Shown piece after piece: positions 29,209-38,730 of a stretch of 64,000 nt of DNA. Where the stretch lies: contig JAFGFE010000040.1 in assembly GCA_016931225.1 (NCBI GenBank), forward strand, positions 67,149 to 131,148, written 5' to 3'. The notes beneath the pieces are model-generated. The model searched no databases. It was not told the origin of the DNA and was given only the letters and a program-made list of their open reading frames with translations. Source of the DNA: Candidatus Zymogenaceae bacterium (GTDB taxonomy: Bacteria; Desulfobacterota; Zymogenia; Zymogenales; Zymogenaceae). Position 1 is the stretch's first letter. Each line of letters begins with the position of its first letter. The position numbers were made by a program, and so were the translations under genes.

Positions 29209-30564
29209 TCAGATTCCCATGATGTGTTTCGTCTCCTCCTGGGAATCCCCCAGCTTGTAGGGAATGAACGCCAGCAGTCCGATCAGGCATGAGAGAGCGC
29301 AGACCATCCAGATGGCGCGAATCCCCAGGGGATTTTCGGCGCTGTATCCCAGCCAGCCGAAAACGCCGGTGAGGATCAAAGAACAGAGCGCCCAGCCGGT
29401 CTTCCTGACGATGCCGTAGATGCCGTAATAGATGGCCTCCTGGCGCTTGCCGGTCTTCAGCTCGTCGTAATCGGTGAGGTCCGCGATGATAATGAGCGAT
29501 CCCAGAAACACCCCGCCGATGGGGATGGCCGCCACCGGAAAGACCAGCATGGCCAGGATCAAGAGATCGATGGAAGTCGGAAACGCCCCGATGAAAAAAC
29601 AGAGGGTGAAACCGACGATCATGGTCACGATCACCCCACGAAAGACCCGCCGCTTCGGGAATTTCGCATAGAGCCAGTACCAGAACGGCATTGACAGGGC
29701 GATGAGGATGATTACCTCCGCCATCAACATCGAGGCCATGCCCTCATCCTTTCCCAGCACCTCGGTGGTCAAATACGGGACGTTCATCAGCATCAACTGA
29801 TAGGTCAGCTGCACCATCATGATCATGATCGCGAATGAGAGCACCTGCCTGTCCGCGAAGACCTGTTTTACCACGGTGAAGAACCGGGGCGTCTCTTGGC
29901 TGTGGTCAATCTCGTGACGCTGATGGATGCCCAGGAGGGTCAATTCGCCCGCGATCAGGCCGAACACCCCCAGCACCAGGGCCATCTTGAGCTCTCCTAA
30001 AGACTCGAACAGCGGGCCGGACAGGCCCCCGCCCACCAGCGCCCCCAGGATGCCGATGGCCACGCCGATGGAGGCGATTTTCGTCCTGACGGTGTTGTCC
30101 GGACTCATCTCCGGCAGTACGGCGAACCAGGGGATCAGCATGCCGGTGTACGAGATATAATAGAAGAACAGCACCACCGCCAGGTACACGGCGTTGATGA
30201 TGCTGGTATCGGCCACCGGCGGCCTCCATACCAGGATGAACGCCAGAAACAGAATCGGGCTGCTGATGAAGATGAAGGGCTTCCTGCGTCCCCATCGGGA
30301 ATTGGTATGATCGGACCAGTACCCCACCAGGGGGTCGGTCAGCGCGTCCAGCACCCGGCCGCCCGCCATGATGATACCCAGGGCCGCCAGGGGGATGAGG
30401 GCCGTGCGCTCCGAGCCCTCCGGCGGCAGGTAGAAGTAGGGAAGCCATGCGTAGAGAATCGTGTCATACAGGTTGAAGCTGAAGCCCGCCAGGTTGTAGA
30501 GAATCATCTCCATGATTGTGACCGGCTTGTCGGCGGCGGGAGGCGGCTGTTTCGATATGTTCAT
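29209..30564 (-). CDS. MFS transporter, GPH (MelB-like glycoside/cation symporter) family
   Basis: DALTDPLVGYWSDHTNSRWGRRKPF; ADLTDYDELKTGKRQEAIYYG. Confidence 0.92.
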   Translation of the reverse strand: MNISKQPPPAADKPVTIMEMILYNLAGFSFNLYDTILYAWLPYFYLPPEGSERTALIPLAALGIIMAGGRVLDALTDPLVGYWSDHTNSRWGRRKPFIFISSPILFLAFILVWRPPVADTSIINAVYLAVVLFFYYISYTGMLIPWFAVLPEMSPDNTVRTKIASIGVAIGILGALVGGGLSGPLFESLGELKMALVLGVFGLIAGELTLLGIHQRHEIDHSQETPRFFTVVKQVFADRQVLSFAIMIMMVQLTYQLMLMNVPYLTTEVLGKDEGMASMLMAEVIILIALSMPFWYWLYAKFPKRRVFRGVIVTMIVGFTLCFFIGAFPTSIDLLILAMLVFPVAAIPIGGVFLGSLIIIADLTDYDELKTGKRQEAIYYGIYGIVRKTGWALCSLILTGVFGWLGYSAENPLGIRAIWMVCALSCLIGLLAFIPYKLGDSQEETKHIMGI

Positions 30565-30679
30565 AGTCTCCTCCGGGGCGAATTGGAGTTTTTATCCGGC
30601 GAAAGAAAAATATGCGTGTATATTGAACAATTGCGGAGGATTTGTCAAAGCATTTCTCCCGCGTTTCCCCCCCCATTTC

Positions 30680-30708
30680 TTGACAGTGACCCTTCTTTCT
30701 GCCATAGT
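30680..30708 (+). promoter_or_regulatory. Sigma-70-type promoter of the M28 peptidase gene
   Basis: TTGACA-N17-CATAGT with an extended TG. Confidence 0.5.
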
Positions 30709-30759
30709 CGAATCGATAGTCTCTCGTGGAAAGCATTCACACTCTCATGCCGGAGGTAC

Positions 30760-31950
30760 ATGATGGCGCTTCGAACGATCATTGACGACATTATCCGGGA
30801 TATCGGCTACCGCACCTCGGGAAGCGAGGGGGAGGCCGCCGCGGCGGGGCACATCGCCCGGGAATTGGAACGCCACGGGGCCCGTGTCTCCATCCAGGAG
30901 CTTCCCTGCCGCCTGAACTACATTCCCGGATTCGCAAACCTCATGATTGGCTCATTCCTGGCGGTGATTGTAATATATCCCTTCGCGCCGGCGGTCAGTG
31001 CAGTCCTCACCGTCGTGATACTGGCGTCGTTCCTCCTTTCCAGAAAGATCGGAAATCAGGTCATCGACTGGATGTTCAAGAAGGGGACGACCCAGAACGT
31101 CATCGGCGTCGTCCCGGCCGGGGGCGAAAAGAAGCACACACTCATCTTTTCCGGACACCACGACTCACCGGACATGATGCCCATCCTCTCACCGCCGTAC
31201 AAGGCGTACGCCCACATCATCGAGACCGTCACCGTGGCGGGGTTCGCCCTGATGATCCCTGCGGGAATACTGCGGGCACTCTTCGGAGACGTATTCTCAT
31301 GGTTTCCCCTGCACGTCGGCTGGTATGACGTCGTCTATCCGCTCTGTGTTTTGGGTTTCGCGGTCGGGGTCTTTTACCGATCGATGGTGGTCACCGGCCG
31401 GAAAAACCTGGGCGCCAACGACAACCTCTCCGCTGTGGCGGTGGTGGCGGGTATCGCCGATTACCTGGCCGCACACCCGACACGGCACACCGAGGTGATG
31501 CTCATCACCTTCGGCAGCGAGGAATCCGGATTCTATGGCTCCCATTATTTCGCCGCCCACAACCGTGACCTCATCAAGGATGCCGTCAACATCAACATAG
31601 AGACGGTGGGTGCGGGGGAGCTTGCAGTCATCGACAGGGAGCGAAACAGCGGCACCTCCTACACCCCCGAGGTGGTCGATATGATCCGCCACGCCGGGGA
31701 GAGGGCGGGGATAGCCCTCGAGTCCGTGACCATTAATTTCGGCGGCACCGACTCCTACGCAATGATAAAAGACGGGGGGAACTCCGCGTGCCTCTTCGGC
31801 ATGGACGAATACCGCCTCTTCCCAAACTGGCACTCCCCGCTGGACGTCCCGGAGAACGTGTCCGAGGAGAAGCTTGAGAAGGCGCTGTCGGTCTGCATCG
31901 AGGCGATCAAGATCGCCGAGGAGGAGGGACTGCCGATACCCACGGCGTAA
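30760..31950 (+). CDS. M28 family membrane-associated metallopeptidase
   Basis: SGHHDS, GANDNLSAVAV, GSEESG, GGTDS and WHSPLD motifs; GGAGG RBS before 30760. Confidence 0.88.
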   Translation: MMALRTIIDDIIRDIGYRTSGSEGEAAAAGHIARELERHGARVSIQELPCRLNYIPGFANLMIGSFLAVIVIYPFAPAVSAVLTVVILASFLLSRKIGNQVIDWMFKKGTTQNVIGVVPAGGEKKHTLIFSGHHDSPDMMPILSPPYKAYAHIIETVTVAGFALMIPAGILRALFGDVFSWFPLHVGWYDVVYPLCVLGFAVGVFYRSMVVTGRKNLGANDNLSAVAVVAGIADYLAAHPTRHTEVMLITFGSEESGFYGSHYFAAHNRDLIKDAVNINIETVGAGELAVIDRERNSGTSYTPEVVDMIRHAGERAGIALESVTINFGGTDSYAMIKDGGNSACLFGMDEYRLFPNWHSPLDVPENVSEEKLEKALSVCIEAIKIAEEEGLPIPTA

Positions 31951-32060
31951 TCAATCGCCCTTTGGCGGACGGTCCAGGGAGGTGAGGGAGACGAAGGGGA
32001 GCGAACTTATAAGAGCGGCAGGAGTGAACTGCCTCTCGGGCGGACTCTGGCTGTATGCAA
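31951..32060 (-). pseudogene. Displaced 3'-end remnant of the glycoside hydrolase gene at 38731
   Basis: 31964-32000 matches 38744-38780 at 32/37 nt; the stop (tca) lies at the same offset; PFVSLTSLDRPP versus PFVSRTPLDRLP. Confidence 0.85.
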
Positions 32061-32090
32061 GGCACCAAGAAAGACGAGGAGCTTTCTTTC

Positions 32091-32180
32091 TCTTTGAAAA
32101 ATAAGGGGGGCCACAACCGGCCCCCCGTTTCACTTCAAGCCATTTCAGTCAAACATCGAGACCTGCACCGCTTCTTTCTC
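32091..32180. repeat. Direct repeat copy 1 (terminator hairpin plus KEAVQxSxF gene tail)
   Basis: ggggccacaaccggcccc...caaacatcgagacctgcaccgcttcttt is similar to 38595-38672. Confidence 0.8.
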
Positions 32181-32582
32181 TTATTCGAATAATACATCCA
32201 TCACGTAAAACACTTCCCGCCGTCAACGACGAAGTCGCCCGAAACCGGAGGTTTTCGTCTGACAGGCGTCATTATCATTTTTTCTATTGAATAATGAGGA
32301 TACTTCCCATAAGATGTACACTCGTAAAACATTATAAAAATTAGGTTTAAATGACAAAAATTGAGGTGATTATTCACGGTTCGTCCGAAAAACCGTAAGA
32401 TACGTGACGATAATCGGGTGGATACCTTTTCTGACCTTTCAAACATTGTTCGAGTAAACACCTATGCGCCTTTTTCCCAGTCTTTACACACGAGCGTGAA
32501 ACGATTCGATATCCATCATGCATCCTATCACGGTGGTAACTCATGTACTATCATCCCATTTCTTAACAAGGAGGCATAGAAA

Positions 32583-34247
32583 ATGGAAGACCGTCTCTGG
32601 CACAAGGCTTATGTACCTGGTATTCCGAAATCCATCGACTATGAGGACCTCACCATAAGTGAGTTCCTCTCCCGAACGGCGAAAAGATTTCCAAAGAGAT
32701 GCGCCCTCACATTTCTCGGTAAGAAGATCTCTTACGCCGAACTGGACGGACTTGCCAATCGTTTTGCAAACGCACTCATAAAACTGGGGGTGAAGCCGGG
32801 TGACCGGGTGGGCCTCTTGATGCCGAATATCCCGCAGATAGTGATCTCCTACTACGGCATCTGGCGCGCCGGGGCGGTGGCCGTGCCGGTCAATCCCCTC
32901 TATACCGATCGGGAGATAGAACATCAGTTCAACAGCTCCGGCACGACTGCGGTCATCACCCTCGACCTCCTGGCGCCGAGGGCGCTTGGCATGAGATCAA
33001 AAACAAAGATACAGACGGTCATCACGGCCCATATCAACGACTATCTCCCCTTTCCCACAAAACAGCTATACCCCTTTGTCAAGAAGGGGATGTATTTCAA
33101 ATACGAAAAGCAGCCGGACTACTACCAATTTTTGGACCTCATGAAGGAGAGCTCTCCGAAATCCTCCGGCGATCCCTCGAAACTCGATGAACTTGCCCTG
33201 ATACCCTATTCAGGCGGCACCACGGGATTGGCAAAGGGGGTAAGCATCAGCCACAGGAACATCTCTTGCATCACCCAGATTCTGCAGACGTGGCTCTACG
33301 ACGTAAAGGAGCAACCCGAATCGGAGCTTGCGATCTTCCCCTTCTTCCACATGGCCGGTTTCACGGCGGTAATGAACGTGTGCATTATAAACGGCTGGAA
33401 CGCCATCCTCGTGCCCCGTCCCGAGCCCCAGATAGTCATGGATATGATAAGAAAGCACAAGCCCTCGATCGTTTTGGCGGTGCCGACCATCTTCGTTGGA
33501 GTTCTGGCCCTGCCCGAGTTTCAAGAGACCGATCTCTCGTTCGTCAAGGGATTTTTCTCCGGCGCGGCGCCGCTCCCCGTGGAAACGATACACACTCTCA
33601 AAGAATCCACAGGGGCGACAATAGTGGAGGGATACGGCATGACCGAATCCACAACCCTCATCACCGTCACGCCGTGGGGGGGAACCCTCAAGCCCGGGAG
33701 CGTCGGCGTGCCTTTTCCGGATACCGACATAAGAATTGTCGATCTTGAGACCGGGGAAAAGGACTTGCCCTTGGGTGAGGAAGGGGAGATCATATTCCGC
33801 GGACCCCAGTTGTGCCAGGGCTATTACAACAACCCGGAAGAGACCGAGAATTCGTTCAGAGACGGGTGGTTCTACACCGGTGATATAGGGAAGATGGACG
33901 AGGACGGCTATCTGTATATCGTTGACAGGAAAAAGGAGATGATTATCGCCGGCGGCTATAACATCTTCCCGAGGGACATCGAAGAGGTACTCTATGAGCA
34001 CCCGAAGATTCTGGAGGCCTGCGTATTGGGCGTGCCCCACGAATATCGCGGGGAGACGGTCAAGGCCTTTGTCGTCCTCAAGCAGGGGGAGACGATAACC
34101 GAAGAAGAGCTGGACGCCTACTGCAGAGAGAATCTCGCGCCCTACAAGGTGCCGAAGCTGTATGAATTCAGGGAGGACCTCCCGAAGTCTGCCATAGGAA
34201 AGATACTCAAAAAGGAGCTGAAGGAATCCCTGAAAGCGGAAAAGTAA
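32583..34247 (+). CDS. Long-chain fatty acid--CoA ligase
   Basis: YSGGTTGLAKG, EGYGMTE, TGDIG, DRKKEMI and PKSAIGK motifs. Confidence 0.93.
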   Translation: MEDRLWHKAYVPGIPKSIDYEDLTISEFLSRTAKRFPKRCALTFLGKKISYAELDGLANRFANALIKLGVKPGDRVGLLMPNIPQIVISYYGIWRAGAVAVPVNPLYTDREIEHQFNSSGTTAVITLDLLAPRALGMRSKTKIQTVITAHINDYLPFPTKQLYPFVKKGMYFKYEKQPDYYQFLDLMKESSPKSSGDPSKLDELALIPYSGGTTGLAKGVSISHRNISCITQILQTWLYDVKEQPESELAIFPFFHMAGFTAVMNVCIINGWNAILVPRPEPQIVMDMIRKHKPSIVLAVPTIFVGVLALPEFQETDLSFVKGFFSGAAPLPVETIHTLKESTGATIVEGYGMTESTTLITVTPWGGTLKPGSVGVPFPDTDIRIVDLETGEKDLPLGEEGEIIFRGPQLCQGYYNNPEETENSFRDGWFYTGDIGKMDEDGYLYIVDRKKEMIIAGGYNIFPRDIEEVLYEHPKILEACVLGVPHEYRGETVKAFVVLKQGETITEEELDAYCRENLAPYKVPKLYEFREDLPKSAIGKILKKELKESLKAEK

Positions 34248-34320
34248 CCCAACGAGGATGCCGAAGACCCGGATATCTCGGGTGTCCATCTGAAGGTACG
34301 GAAGGCGGTTTTTCAAAAAA

Positions 34321-34691
34321 TGTAGAGTCAAGTTAGTTTTTATATAAGATACGGCAGCCGCGGATTGCGCTGACGGTAAGTCCTTTTGAAAGACAATGCT
34401 ACTTCGCCGCGCGACGCCCTTTTCGGCTGCCGTTTCTTTATGCAGTCATTGTCAATATGACCCCAGGCCGTCAAGAAAGGCCTTTCGAGGCGTTCGTCCC
34501 TGGCAGTACTTCCCCTGGTTCGTTCGCCCTTCACTGTAATACTGCATGAACCCGTTTAGGTCGACTTGTATCTCCTCAAGGGACCGATAGAGTTCCTTCC
34601 TAAAGGCCACCTCTTAAAACTCATCCTTGATAATCCGGTTCAGGCGCTCCACCGATCCGTTAGTCTGTGGACGTCTGACCCGTGTCCTCAT
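34321..34691 (-). mobile_element. IS481-family remnant (3' part of the transposase with an in-frame stop, plus the probable right end)
   Basis: 34691-34452 reads RTRVRRPQTNGSVERLNRIIKDEF*EVAFRKELYRSLEEIQVDL...RTNQGKYCQGRTP (integrase-core C-terminus); the end at 34321 begins TGTA. Confidence 0.85.
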
Positions 34692-34757
34692 CGCATCCTT
34701 TTTTATATGAACAATGAGTTATCAGTAAAATCCCCACAATATTAGCTATTTTATGAT

Positions 34758-34797
34758 AAAATATCTTCTTGACAAATATATTTTGTTCTGATATTTT
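34758..34797 (+). promoter_or_regulatory. Promoter and probable operator of the padR operon
   Basis: TTGACA-N17-TATTTT flanked by the inverted repeat AAAATATC...GATATTTT. Confidence 0.55.
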
Positions 34798-34870
34798 GCA
34801 GCAAGATAAAAAAGAGAGGATACGTAGGTGTGTTTAATGAGCGGTTTTTCGCATCAGTAATGCGAAGGAG

Positions 34871-35398
34871 GTGGAAAAGATGACGGACGTGCAGTTGATG
34901 ATCCTGGGATTTTTGTCCTCGGGAGCCAAAACCGGTTACCGGCTCAACCAGATTTTCGGCAAGCTCATGCTGTATTACGCGGTGGGACTGAATCAGATTT
35001 ATCCTGTGTTGAAAAATCTGGAGGCCGAGGGTTTGGTAGAAAAAGAGGTCGTCTTCCAGGTGGGCAAGCCCAGCAAGAATGTATACAGCATTACCCCGGC
35101 CGGTCAAGCCTACCTGACCGAGAAACTCACCGGACCGGCCGTGCCCATGGATTATCATCTGCCGTTTTTACAACGAGTGTTTTTTTTCCGCTTTTTAAAC
35201 CACGACCAGGTCCTCGAGGCCTTCCAAAGCGAAATTTGCTCGATCGACGAGCAGATCAACACCCTTGAAGAAATGGAAGACACTGTAAAAGAGTACGCCG
35301 ACACAGACGGCGAGTTTGCGTACCGTACGGCTTTGCATTTTTTGAAATCGTTGGCAGACTGGTACAAGGCCGAATATTCGAAAAGGAGGCAACAGTAG
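34871..35398 (+). CDS. PadR family transcriptional regulator
   Basis: ILGFL...TGYRL...QIYPVLKNLEAEGLV...KNVYSITPAG. Confidence 0.92.
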   Translation: MEKMTDVQLMILGFLSSGAKTGYRLNQIFGKLMLYYAVGLNQIYPVLKNLEAEGLVEKEVVFQVGKPSKNVYSITPAGQAYLTEKLTGPAVPMDYHLPFLQRVFFFRFLNHDQVLEAFQSEICSIDEQINTLEEMEDTVKEYADTDGEFAYRTALHFLKSLADWYKAEYSKRRQQ

Positions 35399-35401
35399 CT
35401 T

Positions 35402-36835
35402 ATGGGCATCAAAACCGGACAGGAATATGTGGAAACCTTACGCCATCAGGCGCCCTGCGTGCACATCGCCGGACAGACGGTGCGAAACGTTGTGGATAAT
35501 CCCCTGTTTGCCACTTCCATCAAGGAAATGGCCAAGTTCTATGATTTTCAAAGCGATCCTGAAACGCGTCAAGACTTTTCCTTCACCTCACCCCTGATTG
35601 ACGAAACCGTGGGATTCTGGACCCATCTGCGCCAGAGTCCGGCCGAATTGGAGGCCATGATTCGGACCATGAAACATTACAATGCCCGACACTTTTGCAC
35701 CATGTGCATGGGCATCGGCCTTTCGGTGATGTGGGCGACCACTTGGGAAATCGACCAGGCCAAAGGCACTCCGTATCACCAGAACTTCCGCCGTTTTTTC
35801 GAAAAGATTCAGCGCGAGGATTTGCGGTACTGCCTTGGCGTCATGGACCCAAAGGGCGACCGATCCAAAGGCCCCGCCGCCCAGGCGGACCCTGACCTTC
35901 ACATACGCGTGGTGGAAAAGCGCTCCAATGGCATTGTGGTTCGCGGGGCCAAGATGCACACCTCCAACGCGCCCATGACCCACTTCTTCTTTGCCATGCC
36001 GTGTCGGGAACTTTCCGAAGCGGACGCCGACTATGCCGTGGCCTTTGTGACGCCCGTGGAGACGCCCGGCATTTCCTACATTACGCGGCCCGCGCCCGGA
36101 CCAGTGGGCGAGCGTCAATTTGAAAGCCCGGTGTCAACGCAAATCGGGTTTACCGAATCGCTCACCGTTTTCGAAGACGTATTCATTCCCTGGGAAAACG
36201 TGTTCATGTGCGGCGAATGGGAATTCACTAGGCAGCTTATTTCCTGCTTTTCACCCTACGTCCGACTGGCCAAAGGGACCTGCACCTCGGCGAGGATCGA
36301 CATTATCGCTGGGGCCGCAGCTTTGGCAGCCCGATACAACGGCACGAGCAAAGCCAGCCACATAAAAAGCAAGATCAACGACATGATGGTCTCCTCACAA
36401 ATCGGATTTGGCTGCGCCCTGGGATCCATCGCCAACGGTTCCATTCACCCGTCCGGCATCCCCATTCCTGACATTTCCATCGCCAATGCGGGCCTGTATC
36501 ATACCAGGCTTCGTCTTGTGGAATTTTTGGGCATGCTCATGGAAATCGCCGGCGGCATTATCACCACCATGCCCATTGAGACCGAATACGGCAACCCGGA
36601 ATTAAAACCTGTTATCGATAAGTATTTGGCCGGAGCGGCTGGAACTCCCACCAGCGACCGCATGCGGCTGATGTACCTGATCCAGGATCTTACCGCCTCG
36701 CGCTTTTCCGGCTATTTGATTTCAAGCGCCATCTGCGCCGGCGGCACCCCCGAAACCTGCCGCCTGGAAGTTGCCCGAAATTACGACTTATTGCGTATGA
36801 CAAACAATGTGTGCGCCATGTGCGGTATCGACTAA
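35402..36835 (+). CDS. 4-hydroxyphenylacetate 3-hydroxylase / 4-hydroxybutyryl-CoA dehydratase family protein
   Basis: TGQEYVETLR; MDPKGDRSK..Q.DPD; GIVVRGAKMH; VFEDVFIPWENVF; EIAGG. Confidence 0.88.
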   Translation: MGIKTGQEYVETLRHQAPCVHIAGQTVRNVVDNPLFATSIKEMAKFYDFQSDPETRQDFSFTSPLIDETVGFWTHLRQSPAELEAMIRTMKHYNARHFCTMCMGIGLSVMWATTWEIDQAKGTPYHQNFRRFFEKIQREDLRYCLGVMDPKGDRSKGPAAQADPDLHIRVVEKRSNGIVVRGAKMHTSNAPMTHFFFAMPCRELSEADADYAVAFVTPVETPGISYITRPAPGPVGERQFESPVSTQIGFTESLTVFEDVFIPWENVFMCGEWEFTRQLISCFSPYVRLAKGTCTSARIDIIAGAAALAARYNGTSKASHIKSKINDMMVSSQIGFGCALGSIANGSIHPSGIPIPDISIANAGLYHTRLRLVEFLGMLMEIAGGIITTMPIETEYGNPELKPVIDKYLAGAAGTPTSDRMRLMYLIQDLTASRFSGYLISSAICAGGTPETCRLEVARNYDLLRMTNNVCAMCGID

Positions 36836-36870
36836 CAACCCACGGTAAACACTCACAGGAGGTATTTGAG

Positions 36871-38469
36871 ATGAGCAGCGCAAATCCCAATATCGACAAA
36901 CTTGCGACCGAATCCACTCTGGCACTCATGCTGGAAAACCGGGCCGCCGACCTTGCCGGCCACACGGCCCTGATGTTCAGGGGCACGTCATGGACCTATC
37001 AGGAACTCAACGAAACCGCCGACCGGCTGGCCACGGCCCTGCTGAAACTCGGGGTCACGAAGGACGACCGCATCGCCGTGATCATGCCCACCCGACCCGA
37101 ATGGTTGTTCGTGTGGTTCGCGGCGGCAAAGATCGGATGCAGCGTGGTTGGGCTCAATTTTAGGTATAAGCAGGATGAAGTGGTATACATGGTCGGCGAA
37201 GCCCAGCCCCGATTCATGGTCTGTATCAGCGAATTCGCTGGAATCAATTATGCAGACTTTTTCGCGGGCATCCGCGATAAGATCCCCAGCCTCGAGCATT
37301 TTATTTTTCTGGGACACACCAATCACCCTGGGGCCCTGGATCTAGACACTCTCCTGGAAACGCCGGCGGACGAGAAGCTTCTGAAAGACGTCCGGCAAAA
37401 AGTTCGGCCCGAGGCCGACCATTTCATCATTTTCACCTCGGGCAGCACGGGACGGCCCAAGGGTGCGGTGCTTACCCAAAAGAGCATTATGGCCATGCTT
37501 CGGCCCTGGGCCAAAACCATGGAACTGGTCACCGACGACCTGCTTTTAAACGTGCTGCCCATCAATCATGTGGGTGGAGGCACCCTGTGTGCCATGGGGA
37601 CGATGGCTTCGGGCGCGCGGCTGATGCTCTGCGACGTCTTTGATCCATCCGCGGGTCTGGATATAATTGCCGAACACCGGATAACCGTCTTTGGCGGCGT
37701 CCCCACGGTTTTCGCACTTTTCTTCAGCCTGCCGAATTTCGACAAGAATAAGCTGAATAGCGTCAAAATGATGATATACGGCGGATCTCCGGCTACGCCG
37801 GATCTGCTCAAAGCCATGGTCGACAATACCAGCGCCGTGATCCTCGCCTGTTACGGGGCCACCGAGGTATCCGGATTCTGTACGTACACCACCCGGCAGG
37901 ATCCGATTCAAAAGGTACTGGACAACACCGTGGGTCGTGCGCCCGAGGGCGTAGAGCTTTCGATCGTGGATCCCACGAACCATGAACCTCAAACGATCGG
38001 GGAGGTGGGTGAAGTGGCCGTTCGAGGCGACCTTCTTATCGATCGTTACCTGAATGCACCGGACATGACCGCTCAATCCTTTGACAAAGATGGTTGGTTC
38101 TATACCGGCGACATGGGCTTTCTGGATAAGGACGGGTACCTGAGCCTGGTGGGGCGGTACAAGGAAATGTATATCTGCGGCGGATTCAATGTGTACCCCA
38201 AGGAAGTAGAAGACATACTCATGCAGCACCCGGCCGTGGCCATGGCCGCGGTATTGGGCGTGCCCCATCCCAAGATGGGCGAGGCCGGCATGGCTTTTAT
38301 TATGCGGAAACCGGGGAGCACAGTTGACCCTGAAGCTCTCAAAGCTCTCTGCGCCGACCACCTGGCCGACTACAAAGTACCGACTGAGGTTATCATCCGT
38401 GACACGCTTCCCATGACCGCCCTTGGCAAAATCCATAAACCTACTTTGTATGAGGAACTCAAGCAATAG
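36871..38469 (+). CDS. AMP-dependent acyl-CoA synthetase
   Basis: FTSGSTGRPKG, YGATE, TGDMG and GRYKEM motifs; GGAGG RBS. Confidence 0.92.
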   Translation: MSSANPNIDKLATESTLALMLENRAADLAGHTALMFRGTSWTYQELNETADRLATALLKLGVTKDDRIAVIMPTRPEWLFVWFAAAKIGCSVVGLNFRYKQDEVVYMVGEAQPRFMVCISEFAGINYADFFAGIRDKIPSLEHFIFLGHTNHPGALDLDTLLETPADEKLLKDVRQKVRPEADHFIIFTSGSTGRPKGAVLTQKSIMAMLRPWAKTMELVTDDLLLNVLPINHVGGGTLCAMGTMASGARLMLCDVFDPSAGLDIIAEHRITVFGGVPTVFALFFSLPNFDKNKLNSVKMMIYGGSPATPDLLKAMVDNTSAVILACYGATEVSGFCTYTTRQDPIQKVLDNTVGRAPEGVELSIVDPTNHEPQTIGEVGEVAVRGDLLIDRYLNAPDMTAQSFDKDGWFYTGDMGFLDKDGYLSLVGRYKEMYICGGFNVYPKEVEDILMQHPAVAMAAVLGVPHPKMGEAGMAFIMRKPGSTVDPEALKALCADHLADYKVPTEVIIRDTLPMTALGKIHKPTLYEELKQ

Positions 38470-38525
38470 CTTATGAATTTTCTGATCCAGTATGAGTATT
38501 ATCGGGAGGGTGCCGTTACCCGACG

Positions 38526-38587
38526 ACGACCGTCCGGATATCACTAAGCGCAACCCGAAAGAGCCCGATCATACCGGTCAGGGCGGG
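38526..38587 (+). repeat. 62-bp ectopic copy of 40613-40674
   Basis: 59/62 nt identical to an internal segment of the 39902..41359 gene. Confidence 0.9.
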
Positions 38588-38594
38588 AAACCTG

Positions 38595-38672
38595 CTTTTG
38601 GAAAAAAAGAGGGGCCATAACCGGCCCCTCTTTTCATTTCATACAAACAGAGAAAACTGTACCGCTTCTTTT
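38595..38672. repeat. Direct repeat copy 2 (bidirectional terminator plus KEAVQFSLFV* tail)
   Basis: aaaagaggggccataaccggcccctctttt...caaacagagaaaactgtaccgcttcttt. Confidence 0.8.
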
Positions 38673-38730
38673 TTCGCTTTATCCGTGGCGGTTTCTATCT
38701 CATCGGTACGTATCGACGTCCGGGTCGAAA

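Noticed and set aside
30307-30759. N-terminal extensions of ORF-track calls (M28, sulfatase, ACD alpha, GltS-like, glycoside hydrolase)
   Set aside because: They overlap divergent genes or promoters; RBS-supported downstream starts were used instead.
32201-32461. 86-aa ORF ending SGDFVVDGGKCFT, resembling an SDR C-terminus
   Set aside because: The match is too short and the rest of the ORF looks like AT-rich promoter sequence.
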